DNA of 64,000 nucleotides from an uncultured Gammaproteobacteria bacterium (GTDB lineage Bacteria; Pseudomonadota; Gammaproteobacteria; JAURND01): NCBI GenBank assembly GCA_963714975.1, contig CAVQQD010000001.1, positions 388,136 to 452,135 of the forward strand, read 5' to 3'. Shown piece by piece: positions 62,819 to 64,000 of this stretch (position 1 is its first letter; each line of letters starts with the position of its first letter). The notes under the pieces were generated by a model. It saw only the letters and a program-made list of their open reading frames with translations, ran no database searches and was not told where the DNA came from. The position numbers and the translations under genes were made by a program.

Positions 62819-63653
62819 TTAAGACAGATGACCCACATTGTAACTAATTCTAATGAAGTCTTCGAGACTTAGTTTTTCCGGTCGACTATGCGGATCGATA
62901 TTTGCCTGTTTTAATTGCGCCTCAGATACCAAGCCTTTGAGGCTATTGGAGAGAATCTTGCGGCGATGATTAAATGCCTCTCTGACTAAGCTGCAAAATA
63001 ACGGGTAATCCACCTCCTTGCTAGGCGCCTTGGGCAATAAGCGCACCACTTGCGAACGCACTTGTGGGGGAGGAAAAAAAGCCTCTGGCTCCACGGTGAA
63101 TAGTGGGTAAACTTCAAAATGAAATTGCGCCATCACGCTTAATCGACCGTAAATTTTTGAACCTGGCAAAGCAGCTAACCGTTCCACCACCTCTTTTTGC
63201 AACATAAAATGCAAATCTTGAATCACCGCAACTTGCTGGACGAGATGAAATAACAGGGGCGTTGAAATTTGATAGGGTAAGTTACCGACAATGCGCAAAG
63301 CAGCCCCTGATGACATTAACTTCCCTGCTCCCTGGATTCCCAGCATCCATGCTGGGACGACTATATTCATTAGCTAATTGAGTAAAATCAAAACGCAGCG
63401 CATCTTCTTGATGTACCACTAAGTTCCCTAGGCCCTGGCAAGCCTGCCGCAACGGTGTGATGATATCGCGATCCAATTCTACTACGTCCAGTTGGCTTAC
63501 CAGTGGTAATAAATAAGTGGTTAGAGCACCTAAACCAGGTCCGATCTCCACCAAAAATTGCCCAGGCTTGGGGTTAATTGCAGCTACTATTTGGGCAATC
63601 ACCTCCTAATCCTGCAAAAAATGCTGTCCAAAGCGCTTGCGAGGGTGGTGCAT
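62819..63653 (-). CDS. rsmA: 16S rRNA dimethyltransferase RsmA/KsgA; contains an in-frame TAG, a palindromic insert and a frameshift
   Basis: PRKRFGQHFL, EIGPGLG, VGNLPY, MLQKEV, YGRLSV. Confidence 0.9.
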
Positions 63654-64000
63654 TACATAATCTTCACATAAGCTGATTGACGAATTTGTCGCAACCAAAC
63701 CGCGATTTTTTCCTTAATTTTTTCTTGATAAATAAGATTTTTAGCCTCAGCTTCAGTGATTGGCTGTTGCCCGCCTACTTCAATCAATTTAATTAAAATG
63801 CAGGCCGTTAGGCGCTTTAATCGGCCCCTTCACCGTGCCTGGAGTCATGTTGGCAAGTGAACTCATAAATAAGGTCGGCACTTCTGAGGCTTTACGCCAA
63901 CCCAAATCCGCATAAGGGAGGGGAGGATAGGTGCTATTGGCAATTTCTTGCAAGCTAGTCCCTTGTTTTAGCCTTCTGCAACAACTCTTGCGCTTGTACT
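63653..64000 (-). CDS. surA: SurA PPIase C-terminal part (runs off the window; contains indels)
   Basis: DLGWRK..EVPTLF; ends WLRQIRQSAYVKIM*, with TAATG overlap into rsmA. Confidence 0.8.

Overview
64-kb chromosomal window from a Legionellales/Coxiellaceae-like gammaproteobacterium. The taxonomy is inferred from an LbtU-like porin, a WipA-like phosphatase, PmrA-like boxes and the rsmA-uspA-apaH-folA neighbourhood. The housekeeping backbone is recF-dnaN-dnaA, pdxS-pdxT, tRNA-Met, ispB, rsmE, sdhCDAB-sucAB, trmL, rpoH, pmm/pgm, rpiA, prlC, sodB, pyrC, leucine catabolism genes, hemH, argR, an Art-type ABC importer, folA, apaH, uspA, rsmA and surA. Interleaved are about ten effector-like genes, four toxin-antitoxin-like pairs, a class D beta-lactamase and many REP/MITE-like elements. 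Main observations: (1) at least three palindrome families are translated inside proteins, including core enzymes, as Rickettsia RPEs are; (2) five effector-like genes share an identically spaced PmrA-like promoter, and four of these have a mini-element within a few bp; (3) a PP2C has its DGHGG motif moved to the C-terminal side of the domain; (4) a divergent gene pair shares an NleG/U-box-like domain; (5) a C-terminal two-helix membrane anchor recurs across effectors; (6) pdxA is missing from the surA-rsmA operon while pdxST sits beside dnaA. Many single-base frameshifts in essential genes look like assembly errors, so frame-dependent claims need read-level checks. All family assignments come from motif recognition by eye; no database searches were run.
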